Shown: in pieces, positions 1-12,295 of the stretch | Position numbering within the stretch: position 1 is the stretch's first letter | Layout: the number at the start of each line of letters is the position of its first letter | DNA from: Desulfurococcaceae archaeon | GTDB taxonomy: Archaea; Thermoproteota; Thermoprotei_A; Sulfolobales; Desulfurococcaceae | Reading direction: 5' to 3' | Length of the DNA: 64,000 nucleotides | Assembly: GCA_038888155.1 (NCBI GenBank) | Contig: JAWAJB010000004.1 | Span: 110,186 to 174,185 of the forward strand | Made by a program: the position numbers and the translations under genes | Notes under the pieces: model-generated | Told to the model about the DNA's origin: nothing | What the model saw: only the letters and a program-made list of their open reading frames with translations | The model's database searches: none

Positions 1-294
1 GGCGTAGTCTATAGCTGTAGTAAAGCCCATGTCGTGGACAGTTGGTGTAATGGGCCCCCCTGTTCTCGCCCGTTTCTCCCTCTCCTCTGGCGTGAAAGCT
101 CTCCACTCAGCTCTATCGTCAATTACTCTATCCTCAATAACTTCGCCTGTGTCCGAGCAAATGTACTCTGCCCTGGATACATCGTAAATTACTTTCTCGG
201 AGGGACAGGGAGGTTTTTTAGGCGGTTGTTTATTTGAGGGCTCTTGCGAGGATTGAGAAGAAGCATTATTTGAAGACTCATTTTCAGGAGACAT
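1..294 (-). CDS. tfb: Transcription initiation factor B (TFB), 5' part; runs off window
   Basis: Not in ORF track. Hand translation: MSPENESS...[54 protein letters not shown]...VHDMG (TFB ribbon plus EWRAF B-reader); G-rich SD upstream. Confidence 0.95.
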   Translation of the reverse strand, partial: MSPENESSNNASSQSSQEPSNKQPPKKPPCPSEKVIYDVSRAEYICSDTGEVIEDRVIDDRAEWRAFTPEEREKRARTGGPITPTVHDMGFTTAIDYA

Positions 295-444
295 AGAAAC
301 CCCCCAGAGCACATTTAAATGCCACTAAACACCCTTATAAACTTTACGCAAAATTTAAAAACCACCTAATTGAATATCCTTTTAAATCCTGAAGTCAGTT
401 CTGTGTAAAAATTAATAAGCCCAGTACAGAAAATTCACATAGAT

Positions 445-529
445 AGCCGGGTCGTCTAGCGGCCAAGGATGCGGGGCTTTGGCCATTGGGAGAAACCCCG
501 CGACCGGGGTTCGAATCCCCGCCCGGCTA
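445..529 (+). tRNA. tRNA-Gln(TTG) with 12-nt intron (483-494) at 37/38
   Basis: AGCCGGG/CCCGGCT acceptor, CGGGG-CT-TTG-G[intron]A-CCCCG anticodon arm, GGTTCGAATCC T-arm. Confidence 0.93.
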
Positions 530-561
530 TATTTTGTTTTGGCGCTCTTGTTCCACTAGCA

Positions 562-1131
562 CTATCTCAGAAGAGCTCGAGATATACTTGAAGCAATCTT
601 ATCGGCTAATCTCAAAGGCTCTGGAAGCGGGCTATATATGCAGGTGCCGTGTATTACCTTGATTGCTTCGCTAGGGCTAACTCCATGCGTGTACAACTTA
701 ATTGTTCTCCAGGGGGTCTCAACCGGGATCATCTTACTATATATTTCCCTTATTGTGTTATACCTACTTTGCCAATTATAGAAGTGCTTCCTCAATGCAC
801 ACTCTATTCTCTCAAGATCTAATGGGTACATCTGAACAATAATCACACCTTTGCCAGTAGAAGCGTACAAGTAGAGAGGGTCAATAACGTCAAACCCTGC
901 ATAAGTTATTCCGTCTAGCACCAACAAGCTCCCGCTCATAGCTTTGGATATCTCCGAGATAGCTACAGTCGTGGTATTCATATCTACCTTAACGAGGCTC
1001 CACGCTACTTTAGATGGATAAAAGATGTCTCTAACTTCTACTCCAACAATATAAGTTGATCCTCTGCCGCCCTTATACGCTACGGGGAAGTAGCCATCGT
1101 CATATGCCTCTATTACTGGAGCGTTATACAA
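562..1131 (-). CDS. DUF99 family (endonuclease V-like) protein
   Basis: DDG, LDGITYAGFDVID and PEPLRLA motifs; overlaps cdc6 stop. Confidence 0.85.
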   Translation of the reverse strand: MYNAPVIEAYDDGYFPVAYKGGRGSTYIVGVEVRDIFYPSKVAWSLVKVDMNTTTVAISEISKAMSGSLLVLDGITYAGFDVIDPLYLYASTGKGVIIVQMYPLDLERIECALRKHFYNWQSRYNTIREIYSKMIPVETPWRTIKLYTHGVSPSEAIKVIHGTCIYSPLPEPLRLADKIASSISRALLR

Positions 1132-2317
1132 GCTCTTTTAGCGCCTCTAGTGCGACCTTTATAACTTCGCCTTTAACTTTCATCAACTTAGTTAGTCCGT
1201 GTTTACCCAAGCTTTTAACCTCTGCTGTTAAAATCCCCATCATGTCTAGCTGGGATATGACTTGGCTTATGCTCCTCATCGACAGCGGCTCCAGCCCGCG
1301 CTTCTTAGCCTCTTCTACATAAAGAGAGTAAGCTTCACCCGTTGTAGCGTATCCCTTTCTCGATATAATGTCTAGGATAGCTTTCAATACCAACTTCTGG
1401 TGTAAGGGCAGAGAGACTATGGTCTGGTACATCCTACCCTCTTCAATCTCGATTAGTGCCTTCTTCACGTGTTCAATAGTTACTTTTCCGGCGTTTTCCC
1501 TCTCTGCAACTTCACCTGAGACCCTTAATAGGTCCAGCGCCCTCCTTGCGTCTCCGTGTTCCCTCGCAGCTAGAGCAGCACAGTAGGAGACAACGCTTTC
1601 CTCTATTACTCCTGGTTTAAAGGCCTTTTCTGCTCTCTGTCTCAAAATAGTATTTAGTTGGTCTGCATTGTATGGGGGAAAAACAATTTCCTCTTCACCA
1701 AGGCTGGATCTAACTCGCGGATCAAGGCTCTCAACAAAGTGCAGGTTATTGGTTATCCCTATAATGGATAATTTAGCCCGCGAGAGGTCCTCGTTTGACC
1801 TCAAGAGCTTATATAATATATCATCTCCGTGCCTCCGAACAAAATAATCAATTTCGTCGAGTACTACTATGTGAAGGCCTGCCCAGCTATCTAGGGCATT
1901 AATGTACTTCCTATAAACTTCACTCAAAGCTAGCCCAGTGTATGGCACTCTAAGTCCTAGGCTAGACGCTACAGAGGCAAGTACTTTATACGGCGTGTCG
2001 ACTTTTCTCGTGTTAACGTAGGCGTAGCCCAGCCTAGTTCCAAGCGATGGGGCTTTGTCGACTAGCTTCTTTACTACGTACTTAGCAACTACAGTTTTAC
2101 CTGTGCCTGTAAATCCATAGAGAAAGACATTGCTTGGCCTCTCGCCTTTAGAGGACACCACGAGTATTTCTGCTAATTTGACTATTTCTTTCTCTCTATG
2201 AGGTAGAGTGTCTGGTACGTAGTCTGGGTGCAGCACTTCCCTATTATCAAATATCCTAGATGATAGTCCACGCTTCCTAATAATGTCATCAATTATGTCC
2301 ACGCTAGACATAAGCAA
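1124..2317 (-). CDS. cdc6: Orc1/Cdc6 replication initiator
   Basis: Walker A GFTGTGKT, Walker B LDEID, GDARRALDLLR, C-terminal winged helix. Confidence 0.97.
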   Translation of the reverse strand: MLMSSVDIIDDIIRKRGLSSRIFDNREVLHPDYVPDTLPHREKEIVKLAEILVVSSKGERPSNVFLYGFTGTGKTVVAKYVVKKLVDKAPSLGTRLGYAYVNTRKVDTPYKVLASVASSLGLRVPYTGLALSEVYRKYINALDSWAGLHIVVLDEIDYFVRRHGDDILYKLLRSNEDLSRAKLSIIGITNNLHFVESLDPRVRSSLGEEEIVFPPYNADQLNTILRQRAEKAFKPGVIEESVVSYCAALAAREHGDARRALDLLRVSGEVAERENAGKVTIEHVKKALIEIEEGRMYQTIVSLPLHQKLVLKAILDIISRKGYATTGEAYSLYVEEAKKRGLEPLSMRSISQVISQLDMMGILTAEVKSLGKHGLTKLMKVKGEVIKVALEALKELV

Positions 2318-2447
2318 ACACCACTAAATATAATAAGTCGAGTCAACGCGCTGAAAGATGCAATAAATGGGTCTGCCAAAACCCACTTTAATTATAGCTA
2401 AACAAAAATACTTTTTAAGGACAAAACCTGTGAGTTGATTAATGAAA

Positions 2448-2535
<88 letters not shown>

Positions 2536-2617
2536 CTAGAACCTCGTTTAGACTGTATAAAAGCCCCTGTTGCTTTAAGGTATTAAGCTGGAATGTTTAG
2601 AAGAGGCAGTGGTTGTT

Positions 2618-2875
2618 ATGTCCAAGGACTCAAATATCCTTGAACACGAGCTAGTACCAAAACACGAGGTAGTTCCGCCTGAGGAGGCAGTTCAGCTGTT
2701 AAAGAGGCTGGGAATCGAGCCGTGGCAGTTACCCTGGATATCTGCAGATGACCCAGTTATAAAGGCGATTGGCGCAAAACCTGGGGATATAATAAGGATT
2801 ATAAGAAAAAGTGCAACAGCAGGAGTTTTTATTGCTTATAGATATGTTGTTGTAGAGGTGACTAAGAAGTCTTGA
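2618..2875 (+). CDS. rpoH: RNA polymerase subunit Rpo5 (H)
   Basis: [20 protein letters not shown]; ATG at 2618 after GTGG SD. Confidence 0.96.
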   Translation: MSKDSNILEHELVPKHEVVPPEEAVQLLKRLGIEPWQLPWISADDPVIKAIGAKPGDIIRIIRKSATAGVFIAYRYVVVEVTKKS

Positions 2876-5800
2876 TTTCATCTCTCTCAAACGAAGACCT
2901 TTGGTTGGTCGCAAAGAAATACTTCGAGGAAAAAGGTCTCGTACGGCAACACCTAGATAGCTACAACAGGTTTATCAGGGAGATCTTGCCGCAGATAATA
3001 GAGGAATTCAGCGTTGTGCCAATCACTGACACTATTAAGCTTTACATTGAGAAGCCGAGGATAGGGAAACCCCAGTGGATAGATATCGATGGAACTGCAA
3101 ACTACAAGACTCCCTTGGAGTGCAGAATTAGGAACCTTACCTATATGTCGCCGCTTTACGTCACTATTAGGATAGAGGGAGATGGATTCTACAGGGAGAT
3201 GGACTTAAAGCTCATGGATTTACCCGTCATGTTGAAGTCAGAAATAGACATGTTGAGCACAGCGACTCCCCAAGAGCTTGTCGAGCACGGCGAAGACCCT
3301 CAAGATCCAGGGGGATACTTCATTATTAACGGTAGCGAAAAAGTGCTCGTTGCCCAAGAAGATCTAGCGAGTAACACTATTCTACTAGACTATGGACAGG
3401 AAGGCACTGGTATAACGCACACAGCTAAAGTGATTAGTGCGGCCAAGGGAAGGAGGTCACAACTAATAGTAGATCGAAGGAGGGATGGACTATTTTACGC
3501 TAATGTTCAAGGCCATAGAATACCTGTAGTTGTATTGATGGTTGCTCTCGGCCTAGATACCAAGGAAATCCTCTACGCAGTAAGCCCAGACCCAACCTAC
3601 CACGAGTTTATACTTCCATCAATACTTCAGGCAGAACAGCTGTTCCCAAGGCTCGAAATCCCGCAGAACCTATCCGAAGAGAGAATCCGAGAATATATTG
3701 AAAAGTACAGAAGAAAAATCGCAGAAGAAGCGCTAGATTACATAGGCTCTCGCTTCGCTGTTGGAAGACCCAGGGAAGAGAGAATACAGAGAGCGCAGAG
3801 GGTACTCGACGAGCGGTTGCTTCCGCACATTGGAATAGACTCCACTAAGGAAACTAGAATACTTAAAGCAGTTTTCATAGGGCAGATGATTGCTAGAATT
3901 ATTGAATTAATGCTAGGGCGGAGAAGTCCAGATGATAAAGATCACTACAGGAATAAGAGGCTAAAATTAGCCGGTGATCTTCTCGCTACGCTTGTGAGAA
4001 TAGCTCTTGTCTCTTTTACTAGGGAGCTGCATGAGGAACTAGAGAAACAGCTCTCGAAAAGCAGAAAAGTTGAAATAAAGGCTGCTTTCAAGCACAGCAT
4101 AATAACGGACAGAATTGTACATGCAATGGCTACGGGAAACTGGCCAGGAGGTAGAACTGGGGTAAGCCAGCTATTAGATAGAACAAACATGCTGAGTACA
4201 CTAAGCCACTTGAGGAGAGTTGTCTCGCCGCTAACACGTAGCCAGCCGCATTTCGAGGCGAGAGAGCTCCACGGCACTCAGTGGGGCAGGATATGCCCAT
4301 TTGAAACTCCCGAAGGGGCAAATATAGGGTTAGTTAAGAACCTAGCGCTACTGACGAATGTGAGCGTTGGTATCGACGATGAAGAAGTAGAGGAATTGCT
4401 ATACGATATGGGTACGATACCTATCCTCTCAAAGAAGATTAAGGGCAAACACTACAGTGGCTACCTTGATATGATCATTAAAGAACTAGAAAGAGGCGAG
4501 CTCAGAGAGGAAGATTACATAGGCTTGGCCAAGATATTTCTCAACGGCAAGCTAATAGGCTATCATAGTAACGGGCAAGACCTTGTCAATACGCTTAGAG
4601 ATCTTAGGAGGCAGGGCAAGCTCAGTCCAGAGGTGAATGTTTCATACACTCACACAGATCACATAAATGAAGTAGTTATAAATACCGATGCTGGCCGCAT
4701 AAGGAGACCGTTGATTATTGTGGAGAACGGGATCCCCAAGTTAACAAAAGAGCATATTGCCAAATTGAGTAGAGGAGAGATCTCCTTTGATGATCTCGTC
4801 AAGATGGGAGTTATTGAGTACTTAGACCCAGACGAGGAGGAAAACGCGTACGTTGCTTTAACCCCCGAACAAATTACAGGAGAGCATACACACATTGAGA
4901 TTTGGACGCCTGGAATATTCGGCATTACAGCTTCTGTAATTCCATACGCTGAGCACAATCAGAGCCCCAGAAATATGTACGAGGCTGCTATGGCAAAGCA
5001 AGCTCTTGGCTTAAGCACGGCTAACTTCCAGCGTAGGTCTGACACTAGGGGCCACTTATTACACTACCCTCAAAAACCCCTTGTTTCTACCAAGGCAATA
5101 GACATAATTAACTACAACAATAGGCCTTCTGGGCAGAATTTCGTAACAGCGGTTTTGACGTACACGGGCTACAACATCGAGGACGCTGTAATCCTAAACA
5201 AAAGCAGCGTTGATAGGGGAATGGCTAGGTCGACTTTCTTCAGGCTTTACACAACAGTTGAGTACAAGTACCCAGGCGGTATACAGGACGAAATAGTGAA
5301 GCCGTCTCCTAGCGTGAGAGGTTACCGGGGGCAACAAGTATATGAACTCCTTGACGACGATGGCATTATAGCGCCGGAAACGGAAGTAAACGGAGGAGAT
5401 GTCTTAGTGGGCAAAGTAAGCCCTCCTAGATTCATTAGCGTGCAGGAATACGGCGTTGGGGGAATTACTAAGCAGGATACAAGTGTGGCTGTAAGGCACG
5501 GCGAAAAGGGCGTTGTTGACATCGTTGTTTTAACAATGGACGATGAAGGCAATAAACTCGTAAAGGTGAGAGTAAGAGATCCTAGGGTGCCCGAGCTGGG
5601 CGATAAGCTAGCCTCAAGGCACGGACAGAAGGGAGTCATTGGCGTATTAATACCTCAATACGATATGCCTTTCACAGAGGAAGGAGTTACACCAGATTTA
5701 ATAATTAATCCACACGCGTTTCCAAGCAGAATGACTGTAGGACACTTACTAGAGTGTATTGCAGGAAAGGCTGCAGCGCTCCGCGGGGAAAACGTTGATG

Positions 5801-6342
5801 CAACCCCATTCTACAAGGAACCTATTGAGAACATCAGGCTAGTTTTGAAGAGGTTCGGGTATCCTCCTTCAGGGGAGGAAACAATGTACGATGGAAGAAC
5901 TGGCGAAATTATTGAGAACCCTGTCTTCATCGGTGTAGTTTACTACCAAAAGCTCCACCACATGGTAAGCGATAAAATACACGCTAGGGCAAGAGGACCA
6001 GTGCAGATATTGACTAGGCAGCCAACTCAGGGGCGTTCGCGCGCAGGAGGACTTAGGTGGGGTGAAATGGAAGTAGATTGCCTCATTGGACACGGCGCCT
6101 CTATGTTGCTTAGAGAAACTATGCGGGAAAGGAGCGATCAAGCGAGAGTGTACATTTGTGAGGAGTGCGGATTTATAGGACACTACGATAAGAACAAGGG
6201 TAAATTCGTTTGCCCAATTCATAAAGATAAAGTGAACTTAAAGCCAGTCGACGTTAGCTACGCGTTTAAACTACTAGTTCAGGAGCTGGTAAGCATGGGC
6301 ATAAGGCCGAGGCTGGCCGTAGAAGATGTTCTGAAGGGGTGA
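2872..6342 (+). CDS. rpoB: RNA polymerase subunit Rpo2 (fused B)
   Basis: [25 protein letters not shown]-terminal Zn finger. Confidence 0.99.
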   Translation: MISSLSNEDLWLVAKKYFEEKGLVRQHLDSYNRFIREILPQIIEEFSVVPITDTIKLYIEKPRIGKPQWIDIDGTANYKTPLECRIRNLTYMSPLYVTIRIEGDGFYREMDLKLMDLPVMLKSEIDMLSTATPQELVEHGEDPQDPGGYFIINGSEKVLVAQEDLASNTILLDYGQEGTGITHTAKVISAAKGRRSQLIVDRRRDGLFYANVQGHRIPVVVLMVALGLDTKEILYAVSPDPTYHEFILPSILQAEQLFPRLEIPQNLSEERIREYIEKYRRKIAEEALDYIGSRFAVGRPREERIQRAQRVLDERLLPHIGIDSTKETRILKAVFIGQMIARIIELMLGRRSPDDKDHYRNKRLKLAGDLLATLVRIALVSFTRELHEELEKQLSKSRKVEIKAAFKHSIITDRIVHAMATGNWPGGRTGVSQLLDRTNMLSTLSHLRRVVSPLTRSQPHFEARELHGTQWGRICPFETPEGANIGLVKNLALLTNVSVGIDDEEVEELLYDMGTIPILSKKIKGKHYSGYLDMIIKELERGELREEDYIGLAKIFLNGKLIGYHSNGQDLVNTLRDLRRQGKLSPEVNVSYTHTDHINEVVINTDAGRIRRPLIIVENGIPKLTKEHIAKLSRGEISFDDLVKMGVIEYLDPDEEENAYVALTPEQITGEHTHIEIWTPGIFGITASVIPYAEHNQSPRNMYEAAMAKQALGLSTANFQRRSDTRGHLLHYPQKPLVSTKAIDIINYNNRPSGQNFVTAVLTYTGYNIEDAVILNKSSVDRGMARSTFFRLYTTVEYKYPGGIQDEIVKPSPSVRGYRGQQVYELLDDDGIIAPETEVNGGDVLVGKVSPPRFISVQEYGVGGITKQDTSVAVRHGEKGVVDIVVLTMDDEGNKLVKVRVRDPRVPELGDKLASRHGQKGVIGVLIPQYDMPFTEEGVTPDLIINPHAFPSRMTVGHLLECIAGKAAALRGENVDATPFYKEPIENIRLVLKRFGYPPSGEETMYDGRTGEIIENPVFIGVVYYQKLHHMVSDKIHARARGPVQILTRQPTQGRSRAGGLRWGEMEVDCLIGHGASMLLRETMRERSDQARVYICEECGFIGHYDKNKGKFVCPIHKDKVNLKPVDVSYAFKLLVQELVSMGIRPRLAVEDVLKG

Positions 6343-6346
6343 GACA

Positions 6347-8986
6347 GTGCTTACATCGAGAATAGCTAAAATAAAGTTCGGACTGCTGTCACCTGATGAA
6401 GTAAGGAAAATGAGCGTAACCTCGGTGACGACCACCGATGTTTACGACAACGACGGTCTACCAATAGATGGAGGTGTAATGGATAAGCGCATGGGCGCAA
6501 TTGAGCCAGGTGAAGTTTGCCCGACATGCGGCAACACTAGAGAAAACTGTCCAGGGCACTTTGGCCACATAGAACTAGTTAAGCCTGTTATTCACATAGC
6601 CTTCATTAAGTACATACTGCTGTACCTAAAAGCTACTTGCAACTCCTGTGGAAGGTTAAAAATACCCGAGAGCGAGAGACAGGAATACTTAAAGCTCCTA
6701 GGAGACCTCGAGGAGTTGCAACTGCTTTACCTGAAGAAGAGGCTTCATGAGTACATCAGAAAGAAGGCAATGGCCGCTGTTGCATGCCCGCACTGCGGCT
6801 CGCCTTCTCACAAGATTAAGCTGGATAGGCCCTACAGCTTCTACGCGCAAACAGATGTTGGCTTCAGGAAGTTGTCGCCGAGCGAGATCAGAGAAAAATT
6901 AGAAAAGATACCTAATGATGATATAGTGCTCTTAGGAGGAGATCCAAGGGAGGCGCGCCCCGAGTGGATGATACTAACCGTTTTACCTGTCCCCCCTAGA
7001 TCGGTGAGACCCTCAGTTACCCTTGAAACAGGAATTAGAAGCGAGGACGATCTAACGCACAAGCTAGTTGATATAATAAGGGTCAACAACAGGTTGAAAG
7101 AGCATGTTGAAAGCGGTGCCCCAAGCGCGATTATCGAGGAGGAGTGGGAACTACTTCAATATCACGTTACGACTTACTTCGACAATGAGGTCTCCGGTAT
7201 ACCTGTGGCTAAGCATCGAAGCGGAAAAGTCCTTAAAGGTCTATCGCAAAGACTTAAGGGAAAAGAGGGCAGGTTCAGGGGAGACCTTAGGGGCAAGAGG
7301 GTAGACTACTCGGCCAGGACTGTTATTAGCCCAGATCCTAACTTAAGCATCAACGAGGTTGGAGTGCCCGAAGAAATTGCCAAAGTGCTTACAATTCCTG
7401 AGAGGATCACATCTTGGAATATTGATTTCATGAGAAGGCTTATATTAAATGGGCCAGATAAGTGGCCAGGCGCAAACTACATCATTAGGCCCGACGGGAG
7501 GAAAATAAGCCTCAAGTACGTCGATAGAAAGGTTGCCGCTGAATCCATTGAGGCAGGCTTTGTAGTTGAGAGACACATACTAGATGGAGACATCGTGTTA
7601 TTTAACAGGCAACCTTCGTTGCATAGGATCTCTGTTATGGCTCACGCAGTTAGGGTCCTGCCTTACAAGACGTTTAGGCTACATCCACTTGTCTGTCCAC
7701 CTTACAACGCTGACTTCGATGGAGACGAGATGAACTTACACGTACCACAGAGCGAGGAGGCGCGCACAGAGGCTAGATTGCTAATGCTCGTTGAGAAGCA
7801 CATCTTGACACCAAGATACGGTGGCCCTATTGTAGGCGGATTGCAGGACTACATTAGCGGCGCTTACATACTAACTGCCAAGTCGACCTTTTTGACAAAA
7901 GACGAAGTATTCGTCCTTCTCTCAGTAACTGGGTATAAAGGAGATTTGCCTGAGCCAGCAATCTTGAAGCCTAGAGAATACTGGTCTGGAAAGCAGCTCA
8001 TCTCTCTGTTTTTACCTAAAGATTTCAACTACAAGAAGAACTCTAAGATAGGTAGCACCTCTGCTCTAAGGTGCATTGACGAGGACTGTCCCCACGACAG
8101 CATCGTTCTAGTTAAAAATGGCGTAATGCTCCAGGGCGTCCTAGATAAGGCAAGTATTGGTAGGGAAGAGCCAGAGAGCCTAATGCACTGGCTGATTAAA
8201 GAATACGGAGAGAACTACGGCAGGTACTTCATGGATAGAGTCTACAAGATGTTTATAAGGGCATGCGAAATGTACGGGCTGACAATGGGCTACCATCACT
8301 TAATGTTAAGCTATAGTGCAAAGAACGCTGTTGAGAACACTATTAGAGAAAAGCTCGAGGAGGCAAAAGAGTTAATTAGGCTTTATAGCGAGAAAAGGCT
8401 GGTTCCTAGGCCAGGGAAAACGCTCGAGGAGAGCCTTGAAGACGAAATAATAGATACTCTATCCAAGAGGCTTCTCGACAGAGTGGCCGATGTCCTAACT
8501 CAGCACTTTACCTCTACTAACCCTGTTATAATAATGGCTCGAACTGGGGCAAGGGGCAACCCAATAAACATAACCCAAATGTCAGGACTGCTCGGGCAAC
8601 AAACAGTTAGGGGTAAAAGGCTGTCGCGCGGATTCCAAAATAGAATGCTATCGCACTTTAAGCCAGGAGATATAAGCGCCGAAGCAAGGGGGTTTATTAA
8701 GACTGGGTTCGTTGACGGATTGAGCCCCCTTGAGTTGTTCTTCCACGCGGCAGCGGGAAGAGAGGGACTGATAGATACTGCTGTAAGAACAAGCCAATCG
8801 GGTTACATGCAGAGAAGGCTCATTAACGCCCTACAGGACCTAAAAGTATCCTACGATGGAGCAGTGAGAACAGCTATGGGAGAAATAGTCCAACTGCTTT
8901 ACGGCGAGGATGGAGTGGATCCCATGAAGAGCGATCATGGCAAAGCGGTAAACATTGATAGAATTATTGAGAAATACGCGAGGTGA
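6347..8986 (+). CDS. rpoA1: RNA polymerase subunit Rpo1N (A')
   Basis: NADFDGD catalytic motif, [10 protein letters not shown]. Confidence 0.99.
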   Translation: MLTSRIAKIKFGLLSPDEVRKMSVTSVTTTDVYDNDGLPIDGGVMDKRMGAIEPGEVCPTCGNTRENCPGHFGHIELVKPVIHIAFIKYILLYLKATCNSCGRLKIPESERQEYLKLLGDLEELQLLYLKKRLHEYIRKKAMAAVACPHCGSPSHKIKLDRPYSFYAQTDVGFRKLSPSEIREKLEKIPNDDIVLLGGDPREARPEWMILTVLPVPPRSVRPSVTLETGIRSEDDLTHKLVDIIRVNNRLKEHVESGAPSAIIEEEWELLQYHVTTYFDNEVSGIPVAKHRSGKVLKGLSQRLKGKEGRFRGDLRGKRVDYSARTVISPDPNLSINEVGVPEEIAKVLTIPERITSWNIDFMRRLILNGPDKWPGANYIIRPDGRKISLKYVDRKVAAESIEAGFVVERHILDGDIVLFNRQPSLHRISVMAHAVRVLPYKTFRLHPLVCPPYNADFDGDEMNLHVPQSEEARTEARLLMLVEKHILTPRYGGPIVGGLQDYISGAYILTAKSTFLTKDEVFVLLSVTGYKGDLPEPAILKPREYWSGKQLISLFLPKDFNYKKNSKIGSTSALRCIDEDCPHDSIVLVKNGVMLQGVLDKASIGREEPESLMHWLIKEYGENYGRYFMDRVYKMFIRACEMYGLTMGYHHLMLSYSAKNAVENTIREKLEEAKELIRLYSEKRLVPRPGKTLEESLEDEIIDTLSKRLLDRVADVLTQHFTSTNPVIIMARTGARGNPINITQMSGLLGQQTVRGKRLSRGFQNRMLSHFKPGDISAEARGFIKTGFVDGLSPLELFFHAAAGREGLIDTAVRTSQSGYMQRRLINALQDLKVSYDGAVRTAMGEIVQLLYGEDGVDPMKSDHGKAVNIDRIIEKYAR

Positions 8987-10212
8987 TTTACATGGGCTTC
9001 AGCGCAGAGGACATAAACGCTGTTCTAGCTAAGTATAAAATGTATTTAACACCCCAGCTCTACAACGAGCTCTCGAGCAAGCTACACGACGCGTCCAAGC
9101 ATCGCAAGCTACACAGTGAGGAAGTAGAGAAAATAGTACAAGAAGTCGTACTGAAATATCACCAGTCGCTCGTAGAGCCAGGCGAGGCTGTTGGCACCAT
9201 AACAGCCCAAAGCCTTGGAGAGCCTTCAACGCAAATGACGTTGAGGGTATTTCACTACGCTGGCGTGAGGGAGTACAACGTGACGCTGGGGCTACCTAGG
9301 CTAATAGAGATTGTAGATGCGAGGAAACGCCCCGAGACGCCAATTATGGAGATATACCTCACCGAGGGCTACAAGAGCGACTTGGAAAAAGTTAAGGAGG
9401 TTGCAAGGCGCATTGAATCAACTTACGTTGAGAACGTAGCAAAAGAATTCAACGTCGACTACGCGGAAGGCGTTGCTACAATTAAGCTCGATAGGGATAT
9501 GCTCGTGGATAAGGGCATAGACTTAGAGCAAATAGCTGGCGTTCTCAGCGAGCTTGATATAGGCACCGTTGATAATATCTCGGAGGAGCTTGACGAAATA
9601 AGAGTGCTACTGAGCGAAGAGTACCTAGATCCAACTAAAATAGAGAAGCTCAGGACAAAGGTTCTCCAAGCGCATATAAAAGGAATAAAAGAAGTGAAGA
9701 AAACAATAATTCAGCGAAGAGGAGACGAGTACATCATTATAGCAGAGGGAAGCAATTTAAAAGAGGTTATGAACATACCGGGCGTCGATTGGAGGAGAAT
9801 ATATACAAATGACATACATGAAATTGAGAATGTTCTTGGCGTCGAGGCAGCTAGGATGTCTATAATTAAGGAAATAAAGAATATACTTGATGATCAAGGA
9901 TTGGACGTAGATGTAAGGCACATAATGTTACTCGCAGATATGATGACGTGGACTGGCCACGTTAGGCAAATAGGTAGAATGGGCATTGCTGGCGAGAAAC
10001 CGAGCGTGCTCGCAAAAGCCACTTTTGAGACAACTATTCAGAAACTCGTGGAAAGCGCTATCTCAGGCGAAGAGGATACCCTACCAAGCATAACCGAAAA
10101 CGTTATAATAGGGCAAGTGCCTCCAGTAGGTACTGGTTTAGTCCAAATCTTCATGACTCCATATGGAGCTAAACAAGCAGAGGAAAATGCAACAGGCGAG
10201 GAAAATGAGTAG
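8983..10212 (+). CDS. rpoA2: RNA polymerase subunit Rpo1C (A'')
   Basis: [30 protein letters not shown]. Confidence 0.98.
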   Translation: MIYMGFSAEDINAVLAKYKMYLTPQLYNELSSKLHDASKHRKLHSEEVEKIVQEVVLKYHQSLVEPGEAVGTITAQSLGEPSTQMTLRVFHYAGVREYNVTLGLPRLIEIVDARKRPETPIMEIYLTEGYKSDLEKVKEVARRIESTYVENVAKEFNVDYAEGVATIKLDRDMLVDKGIDLEQIAGVLSELDIGTVDNISEELDEIRVLLSEEYLDPTKIEKLRTKVLQAHIKGIKEVKKTIIQRRGDEYIIIAEGSNLKEVMNIPGVDWRRIYTNDIHEIENVLGVEAARMSIIKEIKNILDDQGLDVDVRHIMLLADMMTWTGHVRQIGRMGIAGEKPSVLAKATFETTIQKLVESAISGEEDTLPSITENVIIGQVPPVGTGLVQIFMTPYGAKQAEENATGEENE

Positions 10213-10537
10213 CCTAACTCTAAGAGCGGAGATTACGAGGGCAATTCAAGTAGCTACAAGAACGGGACAGATAGCGTATGGAGCCCGCAGGATTTCAGAG
10301 CTAGCACTACACGGCAAAGCAAAGCTCATAATACTTGCATCTAACGCGCCTCCGGAACTTAGACACGACATAGAGCACTACGCTAAACTAAGCAAAATAC
10401 CAGTTATTGTTTTCGAGGGAACAAATATTGAGCTGGGCAACGTTGTGGGAAGGCCGCATAGCGTAACAGCTCTTGCGATAATAGACCCCGGCCAATCGAG
10501 AATTCTTGACCTAGTTAAACAGGTGAGCAATGATTGA
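10205..10537 (+). CDS. rpl30e: 50S ribosomal protein L30e
   Basis: [21 protein letters not shown]; start set at ATG 10205. Confidence 0.95.
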   Translation: MSSLTLRAEITRAIQVATRTGQIAYGARRISELALHGKAKLIILASNAPPELRHDIEHYAKLSKIPVIVFEGTNIELGNVVGRPHSVTALAIIDPGQSRILDLVKQVSND

Positions 10538-10983
10538 GTAATAAGGATCGAGGCCAAATTAGGATAACTCCCGAGGAATTCAGGTATATGGCATTGCTCA
10601 GTGAGTTAACAAATGCCTCAGTTAGAGACTGTATCATTGAGGACGAAAACAACCGCATAATATTCATGGTCAACCCAGAGGAAGTTGGAAAGGCTATTGG
10701 TCCGCGCGGTTTCTTTGTTCAGAGGCTAAGAAAAATCCTCAACAAGGAAATAGAGATAGTAGGCTTTAGCGATAAGCTAGAGGAACAAGTTAAATTGGCC
10801 TTGGCTCCAGCGAGAGTCAAGGATATGAAGCTTGTAACTAGGCCCGATGGATCTAAAATCCTGTACGTCGCAGTAAACCCAGCCGATAAGGCGCTGGCTA
10901 TAGGAAAAGGGGGTAGAAACATTCAGAAGGTTAAGCTAATAATGAAGAGGCACTTCAATATAGACTCTGTAATAATAGCATAG
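10534..10983 (+). CDS. nusA: Archaeal NusA (KH domains)
   Basis: GKAIG, AIGKGGRNI KH motifs; conserved operon position. Confidence 0.95.
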   Translation: MSNKDRGQIRITPEEFRYMALLSELTNASVRDCIIEDENNRIIFMVNPEEVGKAIGPRGFFVQRLRKILNKEIEIVGFSDKLEEQVKLALAPARVKDMKLVTRPDGSKILYVAVNPADKALAIGKGGRNIQKVKLIMKRHFNIDSVIIA

Positions 10984-11086
10984 CAATTTTTGGGGTAAAA
11001 CTGCCCTTGGTTTTTGAGCGTCTGTATAAAGCTTAAGAATATTTAAAAGGTCAAGAGATTAGAATGTAGAGAAGAGGTGCTTACAC

Positions 11087-11533
11087 TTGCCCGGTAAGAA
11101 AGCTCCCAATGGAATATACGCTGCAAGGAAACTTGGCGAGAAGCGCAACAGGTTTAGATGGTATCAGAGAGAATACAAGTGGAGAGCCCTGCGAAAACAG
11201 GGATTAATAAGAGATCCTCTAGAAGGAGCGCCGCTGGCGCGAGGTATTGTATTGGAGAAGGTTGGCGTTGAGTCGCGTAAACCTAACTCAGCTCTAAGGA
11301 AGTGCGTTCGAGTCCAACTTGTAAAGAATGGAAAGGTTGTTACAGCTTTCGTGCCTTGGGACGGAGGAGTAAACTTCATTGATGAGCACGACGAAGTAGT
11401 TATAGAGGGTATAGGAGGTACGCTAGGAGGCGCGATGGGCGATATACCTGGAGTAAAATTCAAGGTTGTCCTAGTCAATGGAGTATCGCTCAAAGCCCTC
11501 TGGTTGGGAAAGAAGCAAAAACCTGTGAGATAG
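11087..11533 (+). CDS. rps12: 30S ribosomal protein S12
   Basis: [20 protein letters not shown]. Confidence 0.98.
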   Translation: MPGKKAPNGIYAARKLGEKRNRFRWYQREYKWRALRKQGLIRDPLEGAPLARGIVLEKVGVESRKPNSALRKCVRVQLVKNGKVVTAFVPWDGGVNFIDEHDEVVIEGIGGTLGGAMGDIPGVKFKVVLVNGVSLKALWLGKKQKPVR

Positions 11534-12139
11534 GTGCGCGGCTTGGACACTCAAGCTCCCCTAGCTATAGAAGTTAATGAGATAAAGCTCTTTGGTAAGT
11601 GGAGCTACAGCTGGATCAATATTAGGGACCCGAGCCTAAAGAGATATCTCTGCTTAAAGCCTACGCGCGTACCCCACACGGGGGGTAGGCACGAGCACAG
11701 GAGATTCGGCAAGACTGCTGTACCCATAGTTGAGCGGTTGCTCAACAAGCTAATGATGCCAGGCAGAAATACGGGTAAAAAGCACCTAGCATTTAATACA
11801 GTTAAAAAGGCATTTGAGCTAATTCACGTAAAAACTGGCGAAAACCCCCTACAAGTGCTCGTCAGGGCAATTGAAAATTCAGCTCCTCGCGAAGATACGA
11901 CTAGGATAATGTACGGCGGCATAGTGTACCACGTGTCAGTGGATATATCGCCGCTAAGAAGGATAGATCTTGCACTGAAGCACCTCACAGAGGGCGCTCG
12001 ATTGAAGTCGTTTAATAACCCGTTGCCCATAGAAGAAGCCCTCGCCGAGGAGATAATATTAGCTGCTAATGGCGATCCAAAGAGCTACGCTATACAGAGA
12101 AAAGATGAAATAGAGAGAATAGCCTTAAGCAGCAGGTAG
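11534..12139 (+). CDS. rps7: 30S ribosomal protein S7
   Basis: [30 protein letters not shown]. Confidence 0.98.
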   Translation: MRGLDTQAPLAIEVNEIKLFGKWSYSWINIRDPSLKRYLCLKPTRVPHTGGRHEHRRFGKTAVPIVERLLNKLMMPGRNTGKKHLAFNTVKKAFELIHVKTGENPLQVLVRAIENSAPREDTTRIMYGGIVYHVSVDISPLRRIDLALKHLTEGARLKSFNNPLPIEEALAEEIILAANGDPKSYAIQRKDEIERIALSSR

Positions 12140-12295
12140 CGCGATTTATTATTTATCCTTCTCCCCATCGATTTTGTTCTAAGCTACTCGAAGTGTATAG
12201 CTTTTTTAACAGTCTATAAAATAGTATTTAAGGGTCTTGGTAAACTTTATAAGCATAGTATTTAATCACGTGGAAAAGGTATAGGTGATTTAATT

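Noticed and set aside
34-237. 67-aa plus-strand ORF
   Set aside because: Antisense shadow of tfb
281-310. Possible ORB/origin box near cdc6 (ttcaggagac...gaaacccccc)
   Set aside because: It is the TFB start codon and SD on the minus strand; single copy and a poor ORB match
3945-6222. Many 60-176 aa antisense ORFs inside rpoB, and likewise inside tuf, infB, fusA, rrp41/42 and trmI
   Set aside because: Shadow frames of conserved genes; Ser/Thr/Pro-rich with no motifs or SD
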